A DNA stretch of 64,000 nt from the IMG/VR virus record IMGVR_UViG_3300026484_000087, positions 1 through 64,000 of that record; one strand, given 5' to 3'. Of the stretch, positions 40,451 through 51,251 are shown one piece after another. The position numbers and the translations under genes were made by a program. The notes under the pieces were generated by a model. It saw only the letters and a program-made list of their open reading frames with translations, was not told the origin of the DNA and did not search any database. The stretch's first letter is position 1. Each line of letters opens with the position of its first letter.

Positions 40451-41620
40451 ATGGCTATAGTAGTTGACAAAGACGAATTTGACCAGGATAAATTAGGTGA
40501 TAGTAACGTTATAAATAGTTTAGATAGTTTTATGGAAAATACTCAGCCTATGGGTAGTATTGATAAAGCTATAGGAAATGCGTTATACGGGATAAACCAT
40601 AGAAAGGTAAAAGGAATTCTCCCTGAGAATAAAGATGATCAGGGGTATACTTTCTTTACTAGACCACAACTTAACATGTCTACAAAAAATCTTGAAAATT
40701 ACAGACATTTTTATTCATTATTAACAACCAAAGAAAGATCAATACATAGATATGTAAGATGTATGCTTGACCCAAGAATAAATTTGGGCAATGGGGTTGA
40801 AACAATAACAACTCCACTGATAAATCCAAAGAGTGCATTTATACCTGTTCTAACTAATACATTAAAAAGCATCTCAGGATGGCCTGATGTGGTTAATTCT
40901 AGTCATATATCTAAGGCTGGTGTTAGAAAAGAGCAACATGCTATGGTTGATGGCACAGTAGATATTTACGAGGCATTTGACTTAGATGTTACATTTAACA
41001 ATATGAGAGAAGAGCCGTTAAGCTTACTTTTTGATACATGGCTACATTACATGTCCAATGTTTTTGAAGGCGTTCTTATGCCCTATATGGATTTTATTAC
41101 GGAAAATGAAATTGATTACAACACTAGGATATATAGAATAGTTTTAACGGAAAATAAAAAGTATGTAAAAAAAATAGCTGCAACTGGTGCAAGTTATCCT
41201 ATAAACATACCTACTGGTAAATTCTTCGATGCTAGTGATGAAAGACCATTTTCAGACCAGACAAAAGATGTTACTATAAGATTTAAATCTTTAGGTGCCA
41301 TGTATAATGATGATATACTAGTAAAAGAATTTAATGCTACTGTTGGAATATTTAATCCTGACATGAGGTTATTAAATAATGAAATACAAAACATGATAAC
41401 AGCTGGAGTATTTCATGTAGATCCAGAAAATGCCGAAACTATACTGGAGACAGTTGGTAAGAAATATGGCTTAGAAAAAATACCAGATAAGCTACTTGTT
41501 AGGCTAAACAATAGAGGTTATCCCAGAATAAATCCTATGTCGTTTGAATTCGAATGGTGGGCAGATAAAGAAGATATTGAATATGCCAATAAAAATATAG
41601 ATATGCAAATATTAAATTAA
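40451..41620 (+). CDS. Baseplate/tail protein (phiKZ gp88-like)
   Basis: GYTFFTRPQLN, SISGWPD and IDYNTRIYR motifs. Confidence 0.65.
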   Translation: MAIVVDKDEFDQDKLGDSNVINSLDSFMENTQPMGSIDKAIGNALYGINHRKVKGILPENKDDQGYTFFTRPQLNMSTKNLENYRHFYSLLTTKERSIHRYVRCMLDPRINLGNGVETITTPLINPKSAFIPVLTNTLKSISGWPDVVNSSHISKAGVRKEQHAMVDGTVDIYEAFDLDVTFNNMREEPLSLLFDTWLHYMSNVFEGVLMPYMDFITENEIDYNTRIYRIVLTENKKYVKKIAATGASYPINIPTGKFFDASDERPFSDQTKDVTIRFKSLGAMYNDDILVKEFNATVGIFNPDMRLLNNEIQNMITAGVFHVDPENAETILETVGKKYGLEKIPDKLLVRLNNRGYPRINPMSFEFEWWADKEDIEYANKNIDMQILN

Positions 41621-41634
41621 AAAAGGAAACAATA

Positions 41635-44499
41635 ATGAGTTTTGAAATAGACCTAGATAAAATTAAGTATAATCCTACACTTATACAGTCTAAGATACTT
41701 AATAGTATAGAAGAAAACAGTGACGGCAATATCACATTTACAGATCCAACTAATCCATTTCTGATGTTAATGGAAGCAAATATAGACTTAACTAATTCAG
41801 CGTTACAGGAATCGATAAGTAATTTAAGAAAGAATTATAGTAGTTTAGCTATTAGACCAACTGACTTATATCATCATCTATCAGACATAGAAATGGTTAA
41901 TGTTTTTGCAATACCAGCAGAGGCTACAATGCTTTTTACAATTAACTTAAAGGATCTTATAGATAACGGCTATGAAGAGGATGACAAATATATTATGTCC
42001 ATACCTGAATACAGTACAATAACTGTAAGTAATACTAAATTCACTACACTTAATGATATAAAAATAACTTACTATAAATCTAGTAAAAAAGCATATATAG
42101 AACAAATGATCTCCGATGATGATTTATCTATAAAGGATTTAGGTGTTCTTAGAAATGATATTATAAAAGACAGCAATGATAATGAATGGATTGTATTTGA
42201 AACTATGATAAAACAATTAGAGCGTTTTACAATAGAAGACAATATAATTAAGGGTATGGGATTTCAAAAAGAGGTGGAGTTTAGTGATCAATATCATTAC
42301 TCTATAGTTTATATAAAGAATCCAAATACTGGAAACAAATGGGTTAAGATAAATACTACTCATAGCGATATTATCTTTGATCCAGAAAAACCAACTATCC
42401 ATGTTAAGGTAATGGACAATCATGTCCTATACACTATACCTGAATTGTATCTTTTAAATAACACTATATCTGGTCTAATAAAGATAGTCGTTTATAGTAG
42501 TAAAGGAGAACTTACATTAAATATAAATAAATTTCCTATGGATGATTTTAGTTTGTTATTGGGTAATACTGCTAAAAATAAATATACTGCAGTTACTCCA
42601 AATATAGTAACGCTAACAAATAGTAACCATATTGTTGATGGTGGTAGAAACCAAAGAACCATGGAAGAACTAAGAAGCATAATCATAAATAATACTACTG
42701 GTAAGAATGATACTCCTATAACTTCAAACGAATTAAAAGAGTATGCTTCTTATAATGGTTTCTCTATAGACAAGGTATTAGATGTTATAACTGACAGGTA
42801 TTTTATAGCCACTAAGAACATACCAGAACCAGTTAATAAAAAAATAAAATCTAAGATGGATGTTTTCATTAATAAAACAGAATTCGTATTAAGTGACTAT
42901 CTGATGCATGATTATGTTAATGTTGTTGACTCAACTACGGCTGTAATAAGATCTGGCTCTACATTCATAAATAAAAACAACAAAGTTAGAATGTTGAGTA
43001 ACGCAGAATATGATTACTTAAAGAATCTTAATAATGAACCATTAATCTTAGAATTACTTGCAAATAAATATTTTTATACCCCATTCTACTATATAACAAG
43101 CATAGTTGATGGCATAACTACTTCTAGGGTATTTGATTTTGATGTACCTAAGTTGGATAATCTTAGAATACTAAGTAAAATAAATGATGACATTTCGGTA
43201 AACATAGATAAGTTTACCACTTATAGTACCAATAAAGGTTTTACAATAATCTTTACTGTTCTTGGAAATGAAATATTTAATAATATACCTACTGACAACA
43301 TAAAAGCTCAGCTAAGTATTAAAATGTCTAATACTGAAGATAGGGTATATTTCTATACAACTATGGAGAGAGTTACTGGTTATCTTAAATTTGAAATAGA
43401 CACTAACTTCTATGTTAATGATAATAATGAGTTAATGTTATTAAACGGTAATAAAGAACTTATCATGGCAAATATAGATTTAGAAACTGACTTGGAAGTT
43501 ATACTCTATACAAATTATGAAGCAGTTAATAGAACTAAATATGGTGTAACTGATGAGATAATTTATGATTTAGACATAAACAGACTGGCATTATCTAAAG
43601 AAACCGTGCTAGTAACATTTGGTAAAGAACTAAAATATCTATGGAATTCTGTTAACACTGATTATACAGATAGAAAGTATAAACTCTACGATACAGACAT
43701 ACCTATGCGGTATACCGAAGACATACTAGATATGGATATTGAAGATGGTAGTTTCTTCGATGCGGTAGATACAGACGGTGATGGTATTTGCGATAAGCTA
43801 GAGTATAAAATCATACATAAGAAAGGAGACATAGTAAAAGACTCTGAAGGAAATGATCTATATTTACATAGAAAAGGAGATCCTATACTCGATGATAAAG
43901 GCAATCCTGTTATAGATGGAGTATCTGGTATAGTTAGATATATAGATGTACTTATGTTAGAACATGAATATAGATTGGATACATCCGTTTTATATTCTGA
44001 TTATAAAGAAACAATAAATGATTTACTTAGACTTTATATAGATAAATATATGAATGATCTTAATGAAAAGATGTTGGATAATACAACAGTATTTTATAGT
44101 CCTTCTAGATCTAATAACAATGCGGTACTTACAGTTGGTGCTAAAAAATATGTAACGAATCAATTCATATCGCCTGTTGTAACATTATATGTTTCTGAAA
44201 ACAGTCCAATAAACAATGATAAACTTAGTTACTTAAAAAGTATAGTTGGTATAATCATACATGGACATTTAGATAATGGTGTTGTAAATATTAATAATAT
44301 AAAAGAAGATATAAAAAAATCTTTTGGTACTAGTTTAAAAGGTGTTAAAATAACTGGTCTTGATGGAGGTCATGATTTTGAGATGTTTAATATAGAGAAC
44401 AATACTTCTAGATTAACTATCAAAAAGAAAATAATGTATGACGTTAAGAAAGACATTAATATCGAATATGATATAGATTTAAGGATTTATACAGTTTAA
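41635..44499 (+). CDS. Large baseplate wedge-like protein (phiKZ gp87-like)
   Basis: DPTNPFLMLME, LYHHLSD, GGRNQRTMEELR (baseplate J/gp6-like), YTPFYY. Confidence 0.65.
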   Translation: MSFEIDLDKIKYNPTLIQSKILNSIEENSDGNITFTDPTNPFLMLMEANIDLTNSALQESISNLRKNYSSLAIRPTDLYHHLSDIEMVNVFAIPAEATMLFTINLKDLIDNGYEEDDKYIMSIPEYSTITVSNTKFTTLNDIKITYYKSSKKAYIEQMISDDDLSIKDLGVLRNDIIKDSNDNEWIVFETMIKQLERFTIEDNIIKGMGFQKEVEFSDQYHYSIVYIKNPNTGNKWVKINTTHSDIIFDPEKPTIHVKVMDNHVLYTIPELYLLNNTISGLIKIVVYSSKGELTLNINKFPMDDFSLLLGNTAKNKYTAVTPNIVTLTNSNHIVDGGRNQRTMEELRSIIINNTTGKNDTPITSNELKEYASYNGFSIDKVLDVITDRYFIATKNIPEPVNKKIKSKMDVFINKTEFVLSDYLMHDYVNVVDSTTAVIRSGSTFINKNNKVRMLSNAEYDYLKNLNNEPLILELLANKYFYTPFYYITSIVDGITTSRVFDFDVPKLDNLRILSKINDDISVNIDKFTTYSTNKGFTIIFTVLGNEIFNNIPTDNIKAQLSIKMSNTEDRVYFYTTMERVTGYLKFEIDTNFYVNDNNELMLLNGNKELIMANIDLETDLEVILYTNYEAVNRTKYGVTDEIIYDLDINRLALSKETVLVTFGKELKYLWNSVNTDYTDRKYKLYDTDIPMRYTEDILDMDIEDGSFFDAVDTDGDGICDKLEYKIIHKKGDIVKDSEGNDLYLHRKGDPILDDKGNPVIDGVSGIVRYIDVLMLEHEYRLDTSVLYSDYKETINDLLRLYIDKYMNDLNEKMLDNTTVFYSPSRSNNNAVLTVGAKKYVTNQFISPVVTLYVSENSPINNDKLSYLKSIVGIIIHGHLDNGVVNINNIKEDIKKSFGTSLKGVKITGLDGGHDFEMFNIENNTSRLTIKKKIMYDVKKDINIEYDIDLRIYTV

Positions 44500-44535
44500 G
44501 TATATAGTATGTCCTAATAGGACATACTATATACT
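44499..44535. terminator. Putative bidirectional terminator
   Basis: 18-bp perfect stem with 1-nt centre. Confidence 0.7.
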
Positions 44536-45400
44536 ATTTTGTAAAATACATTTTAAGTAATTTAAATAAATTTAAACTATCACTATCTTCAAACAATGAC
44601 AACATATTCACTATATGTCCATGTTTATGATTATATGTATAATTATAGTCAGTATGATTTTCATTCAGATCAAATCTGAAATCAAATATACTATAATTTA
44701 TTTCAGCATCTATTTGCTCCACAAGTTTACCTATCTTATAAAAACCTAAACCAGAAACTATAAGTTTATCAACAACATCCCCAATAAGATAAGGTTCCAT
44801 GTTATTTTCATAATGAAATAAAGACATATCATTATTAACCAGATTTGTTAACAAACTAAATATAGTTAATGGTTTGTTATCGTTACTTTCGGATAATAGA
44901 TAGGCAATTCTATTTATATTTTCCGCTATATCTTGCTTCTTACCAACTAACAATGCATCATTGAATTTATAAACATTTTCTAAAAATTCATCAGGAGTTA
45001 GTGTTAATGGATTAACTAATTCTTTACCTTTATAAAAACTAATATAATTGTTTTCCTTAATATCAGAAATTAAATCCAAATCACAACCATCCTTAACATT
45101 AAATAAACCCCTAACACTAACTAATTTAGATCTTAGTTTCTTAAGCTCTAGTATATAATCAGTTATATTGATTGCCGCTTCTTCTTTAGACTCAGCACTA
45201 ATAATAGTATCTAAGTGCTCTACTAATGAATTAAAATTAGTAGATGTAGCCAATGAAGTAAAACTATTAACATTAAAAGAATCACTAACTATACCTGGAC
45301 AAGCCTCTTCCATAGACATAACATCACTCTTAGATACCACGCCTTTTGAAACTATAGTATCTTTAAGTCCTATTAAAATCTTTCTTTCAGATTGATTCAT
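44534..45400 (-). CDS. Virion head protein (phiKZ gp86-like)
   Basis: GVVSKSDV...NSFTSLATSTN...ISAE N-terminal pattern; gene order. Confidence 0.5.
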   Translation of the reverse strand: MNQSERKILIGLKDTIVSKGVVSKSDVMSMEEACPGIVSDSFNVNSFTSLATSTNFNSLVEHLDTIISAESKEEAAINITDYILELKKLRSKLVSVRGLFNVKDGCDLDLISDIKENNYISFYKGKELVNPLTLTPDEFLENVYKFNDALLVGKKQDIAENINRIAYLLSESNDNKPLTIFSLLTNLVNNDMSLFHYENNMEPYLIGDVVDKLIVSGLGFYKIGKLVEQIDAEINYSIFDFRFDLNENHTDYNYTYNHKHGHIVNMLSLFEDSDSLNLFKLLKMYFTK

Positions 45401-45402
45401 AT

Positions 45403-45828
45403 TTAATCCTTTTTAGATAGAACTATATTTGATAAGTTAAATGCTTTATTAAATACGCCAATATTACCGTCAATAACTTTAACATATTCTTTACCAAATA
45501 TATCGTTAACGCCAATAATATCATTAAACTCGTTTATAATTAAAGGCTTGTAAATAACATCTAATTTAAACTGAATATATTTACTTACGATGGCAGTAAA
45601 CATATTTTTATCAAGTACAGCAATCTCATTAAGCTCATAAAATAGATCATGTATTTTAAATTTAGTATTACTATCTACCTTAGTAACTCCAGATTTTATT
45701 AAATCGTTTATAATACCATTAGTAAAACTTGCAGCAACACCAGAATATGCAGCTAATCTTTTCTCATCACCAGTAGCGTTTAATACTCCGCATAGTTCTT
45801 GTATATTTTTATCAGTTATTTTTAACAT
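45403..45828 (-). CDS. Conserved hypothetical protein (phiKZ gp85-like)
   Basis: Gene order. Confidence 0.45.
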   Translation of the reverse strand: MLKITDKNIQELCGVLNATGDEKRLAAYSGVAASFTNGIINDLIKSGVTKVDSNTKFKIHDLFYELNEIAVLDKNMFTAIVSKYIQFKLDVIYKPLIINEFNDIIGVNDIFGKEYVKVIDGNIGVFNKAFNLSNIVLSKKD

Positions 45829-45840
45829 CTTATTTTTCCT

Positions 45841-47274
45841 TTATATGTTTTTTAATTTATTCGAAGATACATGTAAACTATTTTCTGTTAAATCTTCTAA
45901 GTATTGTTCTAACTCTTTAAAGTTACTTGCTCGTTTATTCCATGGTAATAATTTATTACCTAACTTTTCCAGCCAACCAGTATCATCTGGAGTATCATCG
46001 ATTACCTTATCAATAAAATTAATCTCTTCTATAACCTTTTTCATATCTTTCTTAGGAAGATCGCTTGTTCTAAGTATACGAATCATATCGTTTCTTATCC
46101 TATAGTATCTTCTTTTATTTTTATCATATGTGATCGTATTGCTATCATCGCCACCAAACAATAGTGTCATTATTGCCTGCGTTATAATAAAAGTTATAAC
46201 TGCTGGTAAGAATACAACCAGCGTAATAGCACTTAATAAAACAAGTATAGAGATTAACAATATATCATTATTTAAATTAAGATCTAATCTATTAGCGTTA
46301 TGCAATTTAACTAAAGCATTTAGTAAATCGCTACCAACACCAAATCTATTTGCAAATTGATCAGCTAATTGCTCACTATCAGTTCCAGAATGTTTATCGT
46401 TTTTGGACATAAGCATAGTGTTAGACATGTATTTATCCATAAATCGAATACTAGCAATAGTTAAATTAGAATCTTTTAAATCCTTTTCATCACCACCTAA
46501 TTCATTTTTATAAAGAAGCATCAAAGTTTTCTTCATGCTTTTACCGTTAGTTAAATCTGCTCTTAAGGTATCCAAGATAACTGTAGTTGATTTTACAGTA
46601 CGATAAGAATATTCTAAATGAGTAAACGCATGACCTACCTCATGTAATAACGTAGCTACTAACTCCTTGGCATTTAACTTATATGTATTTATTAAAGAAA
46701 AAACATCTATAAGAAGAAATACTTCATAGTTAGATGGTAAACCTTTTACCGTCGCTTTATCTAAGTTTATCTTGACACCTTTAGAGTTAAGTGTTTTTTC
46801 TAATTCTAAATACCCAATATAGTTTTTATATATTAAAGACTTCTCATCTTTCCATGCATCTTTTATATCTGAACTAACGTCTTTTTTAGTAAATTCATTA
46901 TTACAATATTCAAACTCTGGGTTACACTTAGATTTACCCAAAAAATCTTTATACTTTTTAAATCTAGTACGAATATCTCCGCCTATAACATTATAATTTA
47001 TTGGGGGTATAGGCATAACAGCATAACTGATACCAGTAGCATTAACATGTTTAAATTGGATACCAAAACGTTTACTTATAGTCTTATCTATAGCATCTAT
47101 AATCTTTCTGGTTTCTTTATTTCTAAAGAAACTTATTCCAGTAACAAGCTTACTACTATATTTATCGGACATCTTTATTAGGATGTTAAAATATTGTTCT
47201 AGTTCTACTGTTATCGGATCATGAAGTTGCACATTTATCATCTCGTTAGAGACATTATTAAATATTTTACCCAT
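45841..47274 (-). CDS. Virion zinc metallopeptidase-like protein with a hydrophobic segment (phiKZ gp84-like)
   Basis: LLHEVGH (HExxH), EQLADQFA.RFG, long hydrophobic stretch. Confidence 0.75.
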   Translation of the reverse strand: MGKIFNNVSNEMINVQLHDPITVELEQYFNILIKMSDKYSSKLVTGISFFRNKETRKIIDAIDKTISKRFGIQFKHVNATGISYAVMPIPPINYNVIGGDIRTRFKKYKDFLGKSKCNPEFEYCNNEFTKKDVSSDIKDAWKDEKSLIYKNYIGYLELEKTLNSKGVKINLDKATVKGLPSNYEVFLLIDVFSLINTYKLNAKELVATLLHEVGHAFTHLEYSYRTVKSTTVILDTLRADLTNGKSMKKTLMLLYKNELGGDEKDLKDSNLTIASIRFMDKYMSNTMLMSKNDKHSGTDSEQLADQFANRFGVGSDLLNALVKLHNANRLDLNLNNDILLISILVLLSAITLVVFLPAVITFIITQAIMTLLFGGDDSNTITYDKNKRRYYRIRNDMIRILRTSDLPKKDMKKVIEEINFIDKVIDDTPDDTGWLEKLGNKLLPWNKRASNFKELEQYLEDLTENSLHVSSNKLKNI

Positions 47275-47308
47275 AACTGTCCTTTTTTAATTTATCAATA
47301 AAATAGAC

Positions 47309-47342
47309 TATATAAGACATAGAATCAACTATGTCTTATATA
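47309..47342 (-). terminator. Hairpin after the internal head protein gene
   Basis: 14-bp stem, 6-nt loop. Confidence 0.6.
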
Positions 47343-47343
47343 T

Positions 47344-48597
47344 TTACTTTTTGATTCTCTTTTTATAAATAGCTAAGTATCTTAGATTTAATTTATCAAG
47401 TGCTTTCTGTGCTTCTGTAATGCCTTGTAAAGATGATTTAACAACATCCATGGCAGTAGTAATAGATGACTTCAATAAAGCATCTGCATCCTTGCCCTCA
47501 ATCTTACCTTTTTCAAGAGCTTCTTTAATATAAACTGGAATATCTTTTTCAAAGTTTTTAAGGCTATCACTCATCTTATCACCCTTTTTAATTATATCCA
47601 ATCTAGAATTTTCTATCTTACTTAATAAACTCTTAGTAAGTCTACTGAATTTAGCATTTTGAAATTTCTTATCTATATTAGTTGGGGGAACCAATTTAGT
47701 AGTTTTAGATTTCAAAAACTCTTTATTCCCATTATAAGAATATAAAGTACAAATATAAACATTCGCTGGACCAACACCCGTAACCACATTACATTTAACT
47801 TCAGCATCGCCTACTTTACTAACGATAGCCTCTTTACCATTGCCATACATACCAAAGAACTTATTAAAGTCTGTTTCAATTTTAAATCCTGCTTCAGTAC
47901 TTATTTTACCAGGACCACCATCTTTAACACCTTTTATAAGAATCTCTTTATTAGTTAATAAATAATCATTATTCATAACTGTATCTGCTAAACGCTCTAT
48001 ATCTTTTTCAGATGCTAAGTCAAAACCTGATGTAAAGAATGTAAAGAAATCTTTTTTAAAATCTTTAACTAACTTTTCAGAATCTAGTTCAAAAGGGTCT
48101 AGGTCCTCTAATTCAGAAATCATTTTAAGTCTACTAGCTATTTCTTTCTCTTTAAATCCAAAGAACTTACTAACAGCATTACCTAATTTTTTAAGACCAT
48201 TCCAGATAGCTTTAAAGAATGATTTTATAGCGTCCCACGTACTACTAATAGCACTTTCTGTAGTAATTATCATTTCTTCTAAACTCTTGTTTAAGTTCTC
48301 TTCATCTATATTAGGCATTTCAACTTGTAAACCCAAACTGGCACTTTCTAAAGACATGGTATTGCCTATAAGAATTAAGTACTCTTTTGTAACTACATTA
48401 TGCTCTAACGCCATCTTATCTAACGCTAATCTTTCTTGCATAGATTCTACAGTAACAATTGCATCTGTAACCACTGAGATCTTAGTACTTAAATCAACTT
48501 TAAGTTCTTCTATAGATTCCTCAAGGTTATCCATGTCAAACTTTTCTTCCATGCTAAGTCCGACATTTTTTATTTCATCGCTAAATAATTTAGACAT
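47344..48597 (-). CDS. Internal head protein paralogue with propeptide
   Basis: LSME, MALE, MSLE sites, then amphipathic WDAIKSFFKAIWNGLKKL. Confidence 0.65.
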   Translation of the reverse strand: MSKLFSDEIKNVGLSMEEKFDMDNLEESIEELKVDLSTKISVVTDAIVTVESMQERLALDKMALEHNVVTKEYLILIGNTMSLESASLGLQVEMPNIDEENLNKSLEEMIITTESAISSTWDAIKSFFKAIWNGLKKLGNAVSKFFGFKEKEIASRLKMISELEDLDPFELDSEKLVKDFKKDFFTFFTSGFDLASEKDIERLADTVMNNDYLLTNKEILIKGVKDGGPGKISTEAGFKIETDFNKFFGMYGNGKEAIVSKVGDAEVKCNVVTGVGPANVYICTLYSYNGNKEFLKSKTTKLVPPTNIDKKFQNAKFSRLTKSLLSKIENSRLDIIKKGDKMSDSLKNFEKDIPVYIKEALEKGKIEGKDADALLKSSITTAMDVVKSSLQGITEAQKALDKLNLRYLAIYKKRIKK

Positions 48598-48708
48598 TTT
48601 TATTCCTTCTTTATCTTTTAATAATCATTAAATAGTTATAAGATTGTTACTTTTTTTTATTTTTTGTAATCCAGATACTTAATTGAAAAAATCCATAAAG
48701 GAATTATA

Positions 48709-50376
48709 ATGTCAAAAATAATAGGAAGAGAATGTAAGTTCGTAATACATTTACCAGAAGTAAAAGGTTTAAGAGACGATACACATTTTATAAAAGAAGT
48801 TTTACACTATGATGACAAAACAACTAAAATAAATTTACAGACTATAAAGAATTTTAAAAGACCATTTTATGTAACCAAACCCCATTTCCAAAACCATAAA
48901 CAAAAGAAAGAATTTGAATTAGAAAGCAGAGTTAATACATACTATTCTACACAATCTAGACTTGCGAATAATATAGCCGTTAGAATAGGTAAAAATGGTT
49001 ATTTTAAAAACAGTATGAGGGACGTTGTAGATAATCAATTTTTATATGGCGTAGATATAAAATCAACATCTATAATTAAGAAAATTTATCAAGAGAAATA
49101 TCCTGACTGCAATACTGAGAGTACAGTATGTGCACTTGATATTGAAAATGATATCGATACTGGAGTAATATCTATTATATCTATAGCAATGTATGATAAA
49201 TTATATACAGTAATAAACAAATCCTTAGTAGATGGAATAAAAGACATAGATAGTAAACTAAAAGATCTTTATGATAAATGGATGCCCGATACAGATATAA
49301 TAAAAGGTTGTACAAAAAGAGAATACGATATATTTGATAACGAATTAGAACTTATTATAAATATATTTAAAAAGGTACATGAATGGCAACCTGACTTCTT
49401 AGCTATATGGAATATCAATTACGATTTACCAGTAATGATGAGAGTGCTAGATAAATATGGAGTTAAACATGAAGATGTATTCTCTGATCCATCGCTACCT
49501 GATAAGTTTAAATATTTTAGATATAAAGAAGGGCAAAAGCAAAGAGTAACTGAGTCTGGTAGAGTTATGGCGATTAACCCAGAACAACAATGGCATTATG
49601 CTTATTGTACGTCAAGTTTTATTTTTATAGACGCCATGTGTGCATATAGTTACGTTAGAGTTGGTCAAGCAGCTGTTCCTGGTGGTTATGGTTTAGATAA
49701 TGTTTTAAAACATAATAAGATAAATACTAAATTGAAATTTGATGATGATAATAAATACAAAGGTGCTGACTGGCATAAATATATGGTTAAAAACAAACCA
49801 TTAGAATATATTATATACAACCAATATGATATCCTATCTATGTTAGAATTAGAAAATAAAACAAAAGATTTAACTACATCTTTACCTATCCTTGCTGGTA
49901 TATCCGATTTTGATATATTTAATAGTGGACCTAAAAAGATAGTTGATGGTTTACATTTCTTCTACTTACAGAATAAAAGAGTTCTTGGTACTAAACCTAG
50001 TAAGATAGTTGATGATAAGGTTTTAGGATTAGATAATTGGATTATAACGCTTCCAGCATATAGACTTATAGATAACGGTATAAAATGTATAGCTGAGGAT
50101 GGAGATATCCAAACTAATATAAGATGTCATGTATACGACATAGATGCTGTTAGTTCATATCCTAGTGATGGTGTTGCATGTAATATATCTAAACAAACAA
50201 CAAAAAAAGAAATAGTTTCCATAAAAGGAAAAAGAAAAGAAGACTTCATGTATGATAATATAAACTTATTTAGTGGAGCAGTTAATAGTGTAGAGTACTG
50301 TACAAGCATGTTCAATTTTCCGCAGTTAATAGATCTAGCAGAAGAAATAAAAAAAGAAGTTACTATAGAGGAATAA
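48709..50376 (+). CDS. Split family-B DNA polymerase: exonuclease half with motif A (phiKZ gp82-like)
   Basis: ALDIE (ExoI), WNINYD (ExoII), YNQYD (ExoIII), DIDAVSSYPS (PolB motif A); motifs B and C absent. Confidence 0.85.
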   Translation: MSKIIGRECKFVIHLPEVKGLRDDTHFIKEVLHYDDKTTKINLQTIKNFKRPFYVTKPHFQNHKQKKEFELESRVNTYYSTQSRLANNIAVRIGKNGYFKNSMRDVVDNQFLYGVDIKSTSIIKKIYQEKYPDCNTESTVCALDIENDIDTGVISIISIAMYDKLYTVINKSLVDGIKDIDSKLKDLYDKWMPDTDIIKGCTKREYDIFDNELELIINIFKKVHEWQPDFLAIWNINYDLPVMMRVLDKYGVKHEDVFSDPSLPDKFKYFRYKEGQKQRVTESGRVMAINPEQQWHYAYCTSSFIFIDAMCAYSYVRVGQAAVPGGYGLDNVLKHNKINTKLKFDDDNKYKGADWHKYMVKNKPLEYIIYNQYDILSMLELENKTKDLTTSLPILAGISDFDIFNSGPKKIVDGLHFFYLQNKRVLGTKPSKIVDDKVLGLDNWIITLPAYRLIDNGIKCIAEDGDIQTNIRCHVYDIDAVSSYPSDGVACNISKQTTKKEIVSIKGKRKEDFMYDNINLFSGAVNSVEYCTSMFNFPQLIDLAEEIKKEVTIEE

Positions 50377-50391
50377 CCTCTATAGTAACTT
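50357..50391. terminator. Putative bidirectional terminator overlapping both stop codons
   Basis: 15-bp perfect stem, 5-nt loop. Confidence 0.65.
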
Positions 50392-51090
50392 ACTGAACAT
50401 GATTGCTCCTATCTTGTCTTTTATCTTTGTAGAATAAGACTTATAATTACCACCAAAGTACCTTCGCATAGCAGAGGTCATTTTATCATGTGTTCCTTTC
50501 TTTAAGGGCATTTCCGATAACTCATGCAGTATATATGCTATACTCATTATGTTGTTATCTATATTATAAAGATCTGATTTGGTTTCTAATATACCATTCT
50601 GTTTAAGTTTATCACCCCATATAGAATACATTATAGAACCTAAACCAATAGCCCTATCTTTAACTCTTTTACCGGTAGAAGCAGTAACTTTTCTTTCTTT
50701 AGATTTGATCCAAAATCTAAAACTCGATTCTACAGATATAAGACCATATATAATTATAGGAGAGACATTATATTTCTTAGAAGATTTATCTATAGTATCT
50801 ATAACCAGATTTCTTTGCTTGCTGGACAGAAAAGAATAATTCTTCTTTAAATCATTTCTAAGATCATCCATAGATACACATACAATCATACCATCTGTAT
50901 TTGTGGTTTGTTTTATTACCTTTGTTTTAGTAATTACCCTTTCTTTTACTACCACTCTTTCTTTATATAATAAACCATTATATTGTAGGTACATATAATA
51001 TCCAGCGATACCTGCTAATATAGTTGCTGCCATTGTTACAATGTATAGATATTTAAGCGTTACGAATCTTGGTTGTTTATTTTCATTCAT
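50380..51090 (-). CDS. Membrane-anchored lytic transglycosylase (SLT family)
   Basis: N-terminal TM; LISVESSF catalytic Glu; AIGLGSI; LYNIDNNI; RYFGG. Confidence 0.8.
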   Translation of the reverse strand: MNENKQPRFVTLKYLYIVTMAATILAGIAGYYMYLQYNGLLYKERVVVKERVITKTKVIKQTTNTDGMIVCVSMDDLRNDLKKNYSFLSSKQRNLVIDTIDKSSKKYNVSPIIIYGLISVESSFRFWIKSKERKVTASTGKRVKDRAIGLGSIMYSIWGDKLKQNGILETKSDLYNIDNNIMSIAYILHELSEMPLKKGTHDKMTSAMRRYFGGNYKSYSTKIKDKIGAIMFSKLL

Positions 51091-51251
51091 ATTTTTTTCC
51101 TTTTATATGAGTAAATGTATTATTCTGTCTATGCTGAGACAAAAAAGAATAATGTGTTTACGGTTATGGTATTTAATTACCATGACGCATCTCCTATCGG
51201 AGTCCTTACGTTAACTGCACTGGCTTTAGGATGGCCAGTGTAGTTAATATT

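Noticed and set aside
48709-50376. Truncated DNA polymerase as a pseudogene
   Set aside because: A split family-B polymerase is an established feature of phiKZ-like phages; the other half is expected elsewhere in the genome
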